Positions 29,960 to 45,307 of a stretch of 64,000 nucleotides of DNA are shown piece after piece. The notes below the pieces were generated by a model, which saw only the letters and a program-made list of their open reading frames with translations, was not told the origin of the DNA and did no database searches. Position 1 is the stretch's first letter. Each line of letters opens with the position of its first letter. The translations under genes were made by a program, and so were the position numbers. This DNA is from the human T2T-CHM13v2.0 reference genome, Homo sapiens, in NCBI RefSeq assembly GCF_009914755.1, contig NC_060926.1. One strand, 5' to 3'.

Positions 29960-30420
29960 TTCTTAAAACCTTCAATGTTAGCTTTAAGGATAAAATTCCA
30001 ATTTCTTTAATTTAATATATAAAGTCTATCATGATCTAGCTGCAACATACCCCTTTGCTCTCATCTTTCAACACACATCCATAAATATACCCTTCACTCA
30101 GACCTCAGAGAATTACTTGTCCAAGCCCTAAAATAGAATATTCTCTTTGCCTGGAATAGAATTTCACCCTTATTTATCTAGCCAACTCATATTCACCCTC
30201 AAAATTTATCTCAGTCTGATGCAGGTGCCGCTGTGAGCACACCAAAACTCTATATGCATGCCTCCAATATGGTATCATACTATAATCACTAGTCTGTTAT
30301 GTTTATTAGGTTTTAAGTCTTAGATGGCAAGAGTCTTAAATGTCTTTTAAGGCTCTGAATCCCAACACAAAACCTGATATAATAAGGGCTTTCAATTACT
30401 GTTAAGTGAATGAATCTCTT
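29960..30420. mobile_element. L2 fragment
   Basis: L2 3'-like ctctttgcctggaatag...ttcaattactgttaagtgaatgaat. Confidence 0.55.
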
Positions 30421-32679
30421 GACAAAAAAGCAATAGTTTATAGCAGCTCTTAGCCACACCCTGATTAGTCCTAAAAGTCCAGTATGTGTGTACACATAGG
30501 ATAATCTATTGGGTAACAGATGAAAGCATTTGTCAAATACAGTGGACTATATACTTGAGCCAACTCTATACTTAAGCAAGTATATAAAATATTAGCTGTG
30601 TACGTTTTAATCTTTAAAAAAAAAAACTAGCTCTATGACTCAAGAGTTCAGAAAAAGTAGATGGCAGTATAGTTGGTAAGAAAGGGGATTCCCCTGAACA
30701 CATATTCATGAATTTCCTAATAGACAATAGCCACAACAATAGGGTAGTCTTGATTTATTAAAAACAATATAAATCACTAAAAATGCTTTTGCTGTCATTT
30801 AAAATGACAACTCTTCCACTAAATCCCTTCTCTCCACTAGCCAAGAAATAGAAGGAAGGCCTAATTTTAGTTCATAAAGTTATTTCTAACCAGAATCTCT
30901 TAAAAAAAAAAAAAAAAGAACTAATACAATCTCTCTCTCTCTCTCAGAAGGCTTTAAATCATGTCAGTTACAATGGCTGGTTAATTCCTAGAACCAAAGT
31001 CTTGACCAGAGTTCCCCTCCCCACCATAAGGTGGGCAAAACACATGGCCAAATAAAAAAGGTGCCAGAAAAAGGCCCTTGAGCTGTATTAAACACAATGA
31101 AAATAATGTTTGAAAATAGCATCTTTCCCAGCTGGAAACACAATGGCTCCAACCATTTCCTCATTCTTCTTAAGATTTCTTTTTCACAAATGGATATACT
31201 GACATTATTTTTTCCATTCAAGAAACAAAATCCCAGGAGTTGAGGATCACAATTTAAACCAGATAAAATGCAGACAGTAGTAACATAAAAAGTCCACAAA
31301 CTCTAAGACATATTTTATCAGTTTCCTTTTTTATATTCTCTACCTCCTTTTCTTCTTTTTACCTTTTTTTAAATTCCCATCCCTTCTGTAAGAAAACTCA
31401 CTAAGAAGCTTCTTGAAAGAGAACATGTTTCAAATGAATTTCGAATGGAGCAATGATGGGCTCACATAAACCATCAGAGTGACCATAAAGGGATAAGAAG
31501 AAAGTACAGAAGAAAAACAGAACTATTCATTCAATTGATAATTTTAAAAGATATAAGTTGCCTAGTGACAAAGTTACTGAGTATTGATATTTAAACTGAT
31601 TTGCCTCTGACTATTTATAAACAAAGCCGAAAAGAAAATCAGAAGGAGAAAATCCCTCTTGATTCCACATACAAAGTAGAAAGGTTAAGAAGCTATTCCA
31701 TGGTATTATCTTATATACTAGACCTCCAAATCCTATCGTGGGGTTTCAGGTAAACACTGGATGAGATATATCCACTATAATTATTATTTCTTTCAATGAA
31801 CCACTATAAAAGTTCTCATGTAATTCCAGGGCTCTGTGGAACAACATTTAAAAGCCACTGGAAAAGTTGTCTATTCCTAACTCCAACTAATTTGCTATAC
31901 TTCTTAGAATATCAAACTCTATCAACATTTGACAATCTTGTTACCCAGGTACACAGACAAAGGAACAGCAATAATGTCATACTAACCTCACTTAAAGAGT
32001 TTTTGCACAAACTACCATGTACTCCCTGCAGTCTCTACTTAGAAAAATATTTACTTTGAAAGCTTTTACCATCTGAATCAGTTTCACTGGATTATGAGTT
32101 CCTAGAAGGCAGAGCTATGTGTTTTTCATTGTGGATTCTCCACCTTCCTCAACCCTGCCCGCTCAGAGCTTTACACATAGCAGATGCTCAAAAAGTGACT
32201 TTTAAAAAAAAAAGAGAAAGAATCCAATGTCCAGTAACAGAGGAAGAGTTAAATTATGTTATTTATATAATAAAATTTTTAAAATGATTTGGTAGATCTA
32301 TACTTATGGACATTAAATATGTCTAAGGGGTGAATGGAATGGCTATAATTTGTATGCATAGTTCAAGCCCATTTTTCCAAATATATATATATAGACATGA
32401 CTGCATAGATAAATAAATGATTCCCATTTATACATAAGCAAAAATCTAAACCTTTTTCAACAAAATGTTAACAGTGGCAATCTGTGGGCAGTGGGATTTT
32501 GAGTGATGCTTACATTCCTGTTCATATACACCTTTATATAATATTTAAAAAATTTAAGTAATGAATAGTAGTTTCTCCCATAGATATCAAAACAATAAAG
32601 ATGTTTTCAAATGTGGGGGAAGTCAAGTAAATTGACCTTTCTAAGCCAATTACTATTCTTCTTTTCCCCAGTTCTCTGA

Positions 32680-33122
<443 letters not shown>

Positions 33123-33194
33123 GACTGCAATTTATTCTTATATCCCTTTCATCTCTTATTCCTCATATCCCAGACTAAACCAAAATAAATGTTG

Positions 33195-34162
33195 ACCACC
33201 ATGAGATAACACTACACACCCACCAGAATAACTAAAATTTAAAAGACTGACAACAAATAATGCTGGCAAGGAAGTACAGCAATTGAGGAAACAAAATATG
33301 GTAGAACTACTTTACAAAAAGGTTTGGCAGTATCTCATAAAATTCTGATCCAGAATTCCACTGCTAGGTATATTTACCCAAGAGAAATGAAACATATATC
33401 CACAAAAAAACCTTGTATAAGGATGTTCATAATAGCTTTATTCATAATAGCCCCAAACTGAAACATCTCAGGTATCCATCAATAGGACAATGAATCAATT
33501 GTTAAATTCATATAAGAGAATACAGCTCATTAATGAAATGAACTACTGAAACATGTAACAACATAGAGGCATCTCAAAATTATCATGCTGAGTAAAAGAA
33601 GCTTTATATAAAAGAGTACATACTGTATGATTCCATTTATATGAAGTTCTACAATAGGCAAAACTAATCTATAGTGGAAAAAATCAGAACAATGGTTGCC
33701 CATGGGGAGGCAAGGGGAGAGGACTGAGTGGAGAGGGAAATGAGAGAAGTCTGGGATGATGGTAATGTTCTATAACTATTAAGATAGGGGTTTAGGTTAA
33801 GCAGGCAAGATAGGGGTTTAGGTTAAGCATTTGTCAAAAACTCGCTTCAGATTTGCGTAGATTTGAGGTATTTAAAATTTACCTCAAAAGAAAAAAAATC
33901 AAATATTGACCTCTAACTAATATTATGCATCCTGAAGTGTTTAGAGGTGAAGTGTACCTAGGTCTCAAACTCACTTTAAAATGCATAAATAAGATGTGAT
34001 GGGTTGATGGATAATAGATGGATATATAATAAAGCAAGTTGTAAGAGATTAATCATATTGATAGAATCTAGGTGGTAAGTAAATATGGTTGTTGACTACA
34101 CAATTTTCCCAACTTTTCTGTATGTTTGAAATTTTTCAAAATGAAATGTTAAGAAAAAAAAA
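33195..34162 (+). mobile_element. L1ME/MD-type 3' end
   Basis: accatgagataactacacacccaccagaat...tactgtatgattccatttatatgaagttct...gtttgaaatttttcaaaatgaaatgtt. Confidence 0.75.
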
Positions 34163-35758
34163 GTAAACTTTGATCTCCAAGTCAAATTACTTTTTGCTCA
34201 GTCTCCAGATATAGTCTCATTTTGTGGCAAGCAAAGTCAATTTCCCTCTACTTAGAGCAGTAGGCAGGCGTATTCTGTGTGCTACTTAGCAGTGGGGGTC
34301 AAAAGTGGTAAATTAGCAAGTTTGTCCAGAGGGAAGATTGGTCCCAAAGGATGAGCCGAAAAGGACAGTCACTGATGCAAAGCAATCAGAGTGACTACAC
34401 TTCTACTGACTGTAACAGCACCTATGGTAACTGTTTTTTTGATCCAAAAAAAACAACAGTACTTTCAACCAGTACTAGATCCCCTTTAGGGGAGTCTGCC
34501 ACTACCACCCAAATACTCACTAACATTCTTAGGCAGCTTTTCTACTCTAAGTACAACCAGAAGTACCTTCTAACAAAAACACACACAGCCTTGAATTGTA
34601 ACATGGGACAGATTTATGGAATATGGAAGACATTAAAGTATTCGCTTTCTCTCTGAAAATAAAGAGTGCAGACTCATAAACAATGCCTAAAAGGCATTTC
34701 AGCAGCTTAATCCATGCAGGACATGTTTTGCTTTTTGAGACAATCAGGAACTATTGGGTACAGGAAGCCATAAACAACAAGAATTTGGCTTAAGAAGGAG
34801 AACAGAATAAATGTTTTTTATGGAAATCACTTAACATTTTTTTGAAGGGGTTTATTTATATGTGACAAAGCCTACAAGACAGAACTTGTATATAAGTAGC
34901 AGCTCTTACAATACATCAACCATTGACTGACTTCTCACGACAGTGGCACCAAGCAGGACCAGTCTGTCAGCATTTCCATCAACAACTACATTTGCTGAGC
35001 TTGATAATTCCCTTTTTTTTCCCCAATTTTCTCCGGACAGAGGAATCCACTTAGCTGGTTCTCAGCATTCAGGCTTAGCCAAGAGTTTTTCTTCTTTTAA
35101 GTTCCATGGTATATGAAGTCTGAAGTTTGGTAAAGTGGATTTCCTTAGGTAGGCTCAGTCTTTTAAGTCCAAGGAATGAAAGAAGCATGATAGGAAAACC
35201 ACCCACAGAATTCTGTAACTTAACAAACATGCTACATATAAAATTCACTGAGTTAATAAGGTTTAACATAGAATAAAACAAACAGTACCATGGGGTAGAG
35301 AAAGAGAGAGATACTCTCTTAGAGAAGAAGTACTATTTTCAATAGATATCTTAGAATGTACAATTATTATCTGATATTCCTAAAAGCAAAACAACTTATG
35401 AATAAGGTACAGATTTTTTGAAACAGGTAGTATGTGAAAAGTCCGGGTTTCAGAGATAAAGAATTAGTGTTCTGTTTTGAGGCTTCTGTATAACCATAAG
35501 CAAGATACTGAATTCTTTACTTACCCCGTCAATAAAGTTAATCAAACTTTCTAAATTATTTATGTTCAAAGACTTGAACTTCTCATGCAAGCCATAATAA
35601 GTATTATTGGTATGAGTCTTATTCCTTCTGACTACAAAAGAAGAAGCCCAGTACAATACATATAAATAGCACCAACATTCCAAATGATATTCAATATGTC
35701 CTACACAAATAGGGAGTACATATCTCATACATACTAAAAATCATAAAACCTTCGCTTC

Positions 35759-36102
<344 letters not shown>

Positions 36103-36284
36103 TTATAGTATTTTATGGATAGGCTGGTAAGAAATAATTACTTGAAATATTTTTCTTCAGATGCTCAGAAATATATAAATTGTTAATGACTGGGGCACTA
36201 TATGCAACCTAACATTTTGTTCAATACTGTTGGCTGCACAGCCGTATTTTATTTTTATGTTTTCTTTGGTGAACACTAACTTCT

Positions 36285-37000
36285 ATGACTTCAAGTTAAA
36301 GATGGCCAATCAAACACATGCACTAAGCTCACCTCCCTCCTCAAAACTTGACTAAAACAAAATTAAATAGCTTTTTTTTTTCAGGCAAAACCCCACAAAA
36401 TCAACAGGTACAGAAGAAAAACCAACAGCAACAAAAATTTTGGAAGTTAGTCCAGTGTGGTAAGGAAACAACGTTAAGTAGGGAAGAAATCCAAAAGGCA
36501 GTTTGATTATAACACATTGGTAACACTGGGTATCTCTGGAAGGAAAGGCAGAAAATGAAGCTTAAAGGGGTTAAGCTGAAAGTCTGCTTAAGAGGAGGTT
36601 AGACCCTGAGATCACCTTTCTCACTTCATCTTGCCAAACAACTGTCCCTCTCTCACCACAGCAAAAAGTTGGAGATTTATTCTTTATATACTATGTACAG
36701 TAAAATAAAGCATCTCCTGACTGGCACAGCTATCACAATTGAGGAGAAGGACACTATTCTGAAAACAGGGGATTAAGTATGAGAGCTTACATAGTGCATG
36801 CTGATATCCCCAATCTTCCCTCCCCCACCACACACAGACATCTTAAAATGCTGGCATGCAAGAAAAATTCTAGAAGCTCATTGTTGGGGTAATTTTACCA
36901 GCCCCTCCAAAAAAAATCACCAAAAGATACTGACAAAGGACCCACTCCCAGCCCCACCAAGGTAACTGTCCACCCAGATCACCCTAGTATTAAAGGGAGG
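36285..37000 (+). mobile_element. Old L1M 5'-region fragment
   Basis: gacttcaagttaaagatggcc start typical of L1M 5' ends. Confidence 0.45.
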
Positions 37001-37124
37001 GAATGGGAGAATAACTTCGATGGGAGTTGACATTAAGTATCCTATGTCTTGGATCCACTATAAACCCACATTAATTGCTGAGCATGTACAGAAATAGGGT
37101 CCAGACTTTTCAATGCTCTTGACT

Positions 37125-37618
37125 ACTGTCTTATTTTAAGTTCCCCCAGAAGGAGAATCTGAAACAAGGATTTGAGTCCAAGAAATTTACTTAGGAGAGG
37201 ACCCCAGAAAGGATAAGTAGAGACATGAGGAAGTGAGACAGGAAAAGAAGTCAATAAAGGATATGTTATCAAGCAAGTTAGGTCAACTAAAACTTATTTT
37301 CATGGGGAACTCAGAAATGGCATAGAATACCTGCCTCAGAGGTATTCCACACCATCCTCCTTCCTGGTGGGCAAGGAAGCTGAAGTATTTATACACCAGC
37401 TTCCATGAGTTATGAGCTGAGGACTACTGGGGCAGGGGCAGGGGCAGGGGCAGGGGGCAGGAGGAGAGAAGAGGTGGTATTAATTCCCCATTTCTGGCTT
37501 CCAGAGAAAGCCCTTTGGCAAAGAGATGCAGGTGCTAGCAAACTGAAGGTTCAGTCAGCATGCACTGAAGGTAAGAACTAAAGGGATATGAACAAGGCAT
37601 TAACAGCATCTGCTACGT
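37125..37618. mobile_element. MLT1 (I/J-type) LTR
   Basis: ttcccccagaaggagaatctgaaacaaggatttgagtccaag...aacagcatctgctac. Confidence 0.65.
37429..37462 (+). repeat. (GGGGCA)n G-quadruplex motif
   Basis: Five G4-5 runs with 2-nt CA loops. Confidence 0.85.
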
Positions 37619-39711
37619 CCACCATGATAACTGAGCTAATCTGTGTCACTATCTTATTCAATGTAAAAATCACTCTTATAAGTTCACTCTTGAATTCTTC
37701 CTTGTGTTTAAGAAAGCTAATACCTAGTAGTAAATGACAGGGGTCCAAACATTATCAAGCACTTTTACCAAATTATCTATGCACAACTGTACAACATTTT
37801 AGTTCATGGTACTAACCCGATCACTCTGTATTATAGTTAAATATTAGTCATCTCTGTTTTACCAATGAGAAAACGAGCCTAAAGCAATAAAGTGATGCAT
37901 TAGGTCCAAAAGAAAATTGAGGTAAAAATAAAAACTAAACTTATGACTACCATTTTAAACTTCCAAAACATAATGTTTATTAACTTCCATGTTCACAATA
38001 ATTATGTCAATTCTCTGCTATAAGAATTTTAGCCCAGAGCAACTGAGCAGAAATGTACGTTACTTTATTTCATGATTGGGTAGCCAAAACTAAAAATCAT
38101 ACCTGGCTGTAATATGAAATTTCCGAAAGGTAAATGCAACCTGAATGTCTCCTAGGCCCATTAACCAGAGCATCCTTTTAGGTTACTCTAACAGTATTAT
38201 ATCTCTAAACCCATTGGCTCAAAAACATCACTTATCAAAGTGGTTAAACCTCAGTCTCCACTCATGTTCTCACTCACAGCGCACTTCATATTTCTATAGG
38301 AGTCTCTCTCTCTCAGTCTCTCTCTCTTCTTCACAAAAATACCTTCCTTTGTAATATCTACTTTGTTTAAAGATAGGTACACCACAGTAGAAGGACTGGG
38401 ATTCCTAATGATATAATCTTTCAGTTTCATATCCTAGGGGATATAATTGATTGGCTATGAAGTGAGGTTAGGGGTGAAGACTAGGTCTGAATGGTTGAAT
38501 CAATGCTCCTTTCTGATATTCGGGCCCTGTGGCAAACTCCGGACTGCTGTGCCAGGATCCTTACTCACACGCTTGTTCTCCTAGGGATTCTACTATCTCT
38601 CCTTGCAATCTGATCACCACGTCCCAGTTTAAGTATGCACAATTGTGGGCAGAGTTTGCCAACTTTCCCATGAGTCCATAATGCAGCACAGGGGACATAG
38701 CTAGGTGCATACTCAAGTGTCCCTAAGTTTTCTGGGACAATTAAAGAGACTGTCGAAAGCATACATAAAATATCCAGTGGAGTATTGCTAAGCTTCTCAT
38801 TCCAGCTATGACTAAGCCAAGACAATTTGTTATACAAGTTTGAATTCTTCACAACAGGAGGACAGAGATGGTTTATCAAAACCCAGAAATTAAACTGTTA
38901 GTTCAAACCAGTTTATTGCCAAGTTTCTGTAGCTGGCTTGCCCAAAGAAGTTGCTTTTGTTCAGAGCACTTATTTTTCTGCCTATGAGGCTATGAGGAAA
39001 AAACACTGACCTACTTCCAAAAATGTCAATAATAACATAAAACCTCTAAACAGATGTTTCATATCATCAGTAATATTTGCATCATTTGACTACCATCTTG
39101 GGTACATGATAACTAAGGATAGCAGTGTTATAATTAACAAATATCTCTTTCTATAGATCATAAAAATGACTTTGGCCTTCTTTTCCCATATCCCCATGTC
39201 CCTATACATATTCCAATGATTTATTTCCATGAGAAAAATTCTTTATTAAGCAGAATATCTTACTTTCTAAGGTAAACTAGCCTGATCATTCCTTTATTCT
39301 CAATTTCCCTCAATATTTAAAATATCAGTTGATCATGTCAATTCACTATTCCTGAAAAGGTTCTCATTTGAGTCTTTATTTTGAATCCCTTGACAATATC
39401 TAATATAAGTCTTTGTAATTAACAGCCACACAAAAAAAGTCACTGATTAACTACTACTGACTTTACTAACTTACCAAATGCAGTAGTCTTTCTAAGCAAT
39501 TCTAAGCAATTCAACAACTTTTTATTTACAGTACTAGTCTCAGTTTCTAAATATAGAGCCTGTTATATCTTCTTAGTTTTTCATGAAGTATAGGCTTTCT
39601 TACACTAAAGATTTCTGGGGTACTTGGGGCTCATTTCCACATGTCCACATGGCACAACAATACAGAGAAAGATGCTGGACATGTCAGGTACTCAGTTAAC
39701 TTAAATTCTTC

Positions 39712-40308
39712 TGTGGCTTAAATTGTGTCTCCCAAAAATATTTGTTCAAGTCCTCATTCCTAATACCTGTGAATGTGATCTTATTTGGAATTAGGGTCTT
39801 TGCAGATGTAATAAAGTTAAATGAGGTCTTCAGGGTGGGCCTTAATCCAATATGATTGGCATATTTAAAAGAAGACGCTGGGCATGATGGCTCACACCTG
39901 TAATCCCAATACTTCGAGAGGCTGAGGCAGGAGGATGGTTTGAGCTCTGGAGTTCAAGACCAGCCTGGGAAACATAGCAAGACTCCATCTCTATTATTTA
40001 AAATAAAATAAAATAAATACAATAAAAAGAAGAAGAGATACAGACACACAAGGAAAATGCTGTGTGATGAAAAGGGAGAGACTGGAGTTATGCTATCACA
40101 AATCAAGGAACACAGAGGATTGCTGGCAGCAACCATAAGCTAGGAGAAAAGCATGAAACAAATTCTCTGTGAGCACTGAAAAAGGAACCAATCCAGCCTG
40201 GATTTTAGATTTCTAGACTCCAGACCTGTGAGATAATAAATTTCTGTTGTTTTTTAAAGTCACCTAGTTTGTAGTACTTTGTTACAGCAGCCCTAGGAAA
40301 TTAATAAA
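39712..40308 (+). mobile_element. MLT1B/C LTR with inserted Alu monomer
   Basis: aattgtgtctccc...cctgtgaatgtgatcttatttggaattagggtctttgcagatgtaat...tttgttacagcagccctaggaaa. Confidence 0.85.
39877..40030 (+). mobile_element. FLAM_C / AluJ left monomer
   Basis: Single monomer with A-rich tail; aaaagaaga on both sides. Confidence 0.85.
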
Positions 40309-40537
40309 TCTACCGAGAAATAGAACTATTAACGGAGGGACCAAAATTTAAAAGAAAAAATCTGAACACACAACATAGTTTAGCTTATAGAAAATACCAT
40401 TATGAATATGAAGTTGAATAGGTTAATCAATAATATTTTATAAATAACTTTTATTCTATTTCTCATTAATATCTCAGAAAACAGAACTATATGGGTAAAA
40501 AAAATTTAACAGGAACGCTTATAAAAAGAAACTATAA

Positions 40538-40882
<345 letters not shown>

Positions 40883-41045
40883 CCTGTTCCCCTCTTTATT
40901 CTCTCCATAGCAAATACCACCATCTGACATACTGTATAGTAACTTGTTTTTAACATATACACAATAGCTATGTGTTGATTGAAAGAATAAACGAACAAAG
41001 GTAATCTTTCACACATAGAATAAGTTAATGAGGTGAAAGTGTTAA

Positions 41046-41163
41046 TTATTATATGCTTACTAGATGATTACTGATATGATCACTAATTGATTAGCATATG
41101 CTTACTATATGATTATTATATGCTTACTGTATGATTACTGATATGATTACTATATGATTACTA
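41046..41163. repeat. Degenerate 11-mer tandem repeat (ATATGATTACT)n
   Basis: About 10 imperfect copies of atatg(a/c)ttact. Confidence 0.8.
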
Positions 41164-41252
41164 ATTCCTTCTCTATTATTCCTGCTTCTCTTTTACAACT
41201 TTCACTACACTAAGAAGTGTATAGAATTTTCCTCTTCCTTTTTCACCATATT

Positions 41253-41549
<297 letters not shown>

Positions 41550-42186
41550 TTTTTCACTATATTCTTTATCAATTAAGAATGCTTCACGTAAGATGAAGCT
41601 TCCTTTTAGTAATTGACCCATTTGAAACTCTAAGATGGTCCTTAGAAGAAAGAGGCACTCACTAGGATTTAGTGGCTGACTACAATCCAGCTGCATATTT
41701 CTCTCTGTGCAAAATATTCTACAAAAGCCCAAGAGAGGAAACTAAGTGGAATCTTAGGTTTCAAACTTCTTTTACATGAAGTCAATACTAATATCCTCTG
41801 GGCAAGTCCTATTTGACCCAACTAAAACTCTAGGAGAAAGAAAAACAGATTATCAACTCCCCTAAACTATCCTTAAAGAAGATTAAGTCAAAAATATGGT
41901 TTAGAAATAAGTATCTTTGTGACTGAAACACTGAGCTTTAATACCAGAGGAAACTGAAGAAATTGTATGAAATTCAAGAAAAGCTCAAAAATGGTAGGCA
42001 AACAGCTCTAGCATTTTCTCTTTCAGTTCCCTATATATTCCCTGCCCCCACATCCAAAGAAGGAAAAGAAGCAATCTGAGTTAACAAAAAAATATAACAC
42101 ATCTCAGAAAACACTTAAAAGCAAAACAGACTCAGATGGTCTCACCTGGAAAACTAGAATATCTCCATATGTATAAGGTTTGCAGG

Positions 42187-42265
42187 TTTTTTTTTTTTCT
42201 TTGAGACGGAGTCTTTCTCTGTCATCCAGGCTGGAGTGCAGTGGTGCAATCTCAGCTCACTGCAA
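42187..42265 (-). mobile_element. Severely 5'-truncated Alu (3' ~65 nt and tail)
   Basis: TSD aagg(t/c)ttgca at 42175-42184 and 42264-42273. Confidence 0.88.
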
Positions 42266-43056
42266 GGCTTGCAATTTTTTAAAAGGAGTTCATAAAAGCA
42301 TGTTCTGAATAATAAAACGTATTTATTTTCCTAATCCAGGATCTGCTGTGTATAGCTCTTTTCTTTGCCTATGAAGTTGTTTAAATTATGCCTCTCCACC
42401 TCAAGTATAATTTAGATGACAAAAAATCTTACAGTGAATCCCCAAAGCCATCCTTTGAATCATTCTGAAAAATAAAAGGCCAATGCACAAGATCAAACAA
42501 TACTTTATTATCTGGAGCAGAAATTCAACATGATGAGATACATCAAGGTTTGGTCGGGTTACTTAAATCCATAAATCAATATTATTGTGGCTGCTTTGTA
42601 CTGATATTTAGTACCCATGCTACATTTTGTAATCCCTAATCTGATACCTATTCTCTCGGATTCACCCATGAATTAGAAACCTGGTTTACTTCCCTATTTA
42701 TCTACTTACCTTCCTCTTTCCACAAACTTTTCTTCCTTTTTTCTTTTTTTTTTTCCTTGTGCCACTCATCCTTACTCCTCTAAATTTCTTATCCTTTCTG
42801 CTTTCCTAAAAAAATATATCCAAATCCCTTTAAGGAACTGATGGTTTCTCTATCCTAACTTGTCATAAAAGCAGGGTGAGGAAATGTGACATGAGATACT
42901 AATGTTGTCTACATTGCTTTTGAGGAAGTGTTGATCTATGCCTATGATATAAATGCATATTTCTTTCTAAAAGAATGTCCTAAGGAGACCTTGAATCTAA
43001 AAGCTCTGGATACAAATTTTCTGCTTTGAAAAGAGCTTTCTTCCTTCAAGAATGAA

Positions 43057-43373
<317 letters not shown>

Positions 43374-43898
43374 TCACAGATCTTATCTCAGTGACTCACA
43401 AATCTAGTTTCAGAAGATAGATAATTCTTCCACCTCCATATTTTTGGTCCAAGTTAGATTTTTAAACAAATGTTCAATGGGAATGGAGCACTGACATGTA
43501 ATACTATTATTTCCATATGGGTTTTGTTGTTATTGTTGTTTGAAGGGGAAGGAAAATAAAAAGACTTTCTTTTGCATTAAAATGCCATAGGAACAAAGGA
43601 GTTGCTAAAGAATCTTGCATGTTCCACAGGCTGTGTATATACACATGGCCGGAGTCACCTTTCCTTTTGCAGGCTTACATATTGCTAAGATAGACAGGTT
43701 TCAGCCCTTCCATTTGTAGCAAGACATTTTCTCTGTATGTCATTTGGCAGATGCAGTTGTGGGACTCTGCCAATTCACCCTGGAGCCCTCCATTTTAATC
43801 AGTATCACATAAAGTTTAACACATGCTTTGAAATATGCACCAGATTCAAGGCTTTGCCTGGAGACGGGGGTGGGGATGCTTGCTACAAAAACACATAC

Positions 43899-44102
43899 CA
43901 TCCCAGCCGCTACTCCACAAGCAATTATCTTTCACCTTTGGCTGAACCAGGAGAACTGTCAACACAGGCACACTGCCAACCAGGGGAGAGGTTACAGGGT
44001 CAAAGCGGGAAAGACGGCTGGATGCTTTGGGGTTCAGCTCGGACATCTGTTAATCTCTCTGGCTACATGGAAGAAGAATTCTCTTTAGTCACCAAGACAC
44101 AG
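43899..44102 (-). other. Candidate non-coding or alternative first exon of an unidentified minus-strand gene
   Basis: Unique, relatively GC/CpG-rich sequence; donor GGATG|gtatgt at 43899/43898; possible acceptor cttctcttatag|C at 44103/44102. Confidence 0.3.
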
Positions 44103-45307
44103 CTATAAGAGAAGTAGCTGAGAGTACACTAGAATTTTAGCAAGGCTTTTCTAGTAGTAAACTTAGTAAAAGCACAAAGCTCCTGCAGTACAATAGGACA
44201 ACCACGTATGAAAAGCCAAAGAACTCAGATCAGCAAATTCACGTACATCAGGAAACTGCAACTGTGAACTGGGCTGCGTAGACAAGAGGATTAAAACAAA
44301 CCTCATATGTTAGGAATAAACACTTGTTTTCTTCATCATAAATACAAGTTAAAAATATATGAAAGTATTCTTTAAGGTTTTTTTTTGAACAGAGAAACCA
44401 AAGAAAAGTTGTCATTGATACTTTTTTCAAAAAAAGAAAAATTATTAAAGCATAGATGAAGTGTCTCCATAAGTATCCAAAAATAAACAAATAGCTAAAG
44501 CAGAGATGAAAGTCAGGATCTCCCTAACTCCAGGATACAAACCCCCAAACACAAACACAGACACCCACATAGACAGAGTTAAGATCTTTCCTAAAATGCC
44601 TATTCTAAAATATATGAATATTGTACCTCTTCCACAAGTAAAACTCATCTCTCATAACAAGAATAAAAAAAAATTATCTTAGGTGTCATTTACTAACCAT
44701 TTCTGAAGGCTAGCCTAGATCTTTGCATTGAAAAGGGCTCTAAGGCTCACTCCAGTGCAGTGGGAAGAGTGCCATGCTGAATCACATCTGTCAGGGCTGA
44801 CACTAATGGACATAACAATACCACTTGTGGCACTTAACTATTCCACATCAGTTAGACCAATGGCTCCGAAGTTTCAAGGTTATCCAAAAACAATCTACTG
44901 GTGTATATATATATAATTTTCATCTTAAAAAAAAGAAAGAAACTAAGTTACTAACATTTGATTTTAAAATAACAATGATACCCTTCCTTACTCTCCATAT
45001 GTCAGTCATGTATCACATACAGAATTCAAACTATACTATACTGGGGAAAGACAATGCAGAATAATTGACAGTAATATTCTCATTTAGTTATTTTCTTTCA
45101 GTTTATTGTGCTATATTGCAGATTATAGGTGCTCAGATAAATAAAACTAGATTATCCACTTTTAAACATGTACAAAATGGACAAATGGCCTTAAAATATT
45201 CCTAAAATATTCCTGTGGTTTGTAAATAATGCTAATAGTAGCACATGTAAATGACAAGAAAATAGCAAGGTTAATACCTATCTTCAACTTGATGTGCAAA
45301 GACCATT

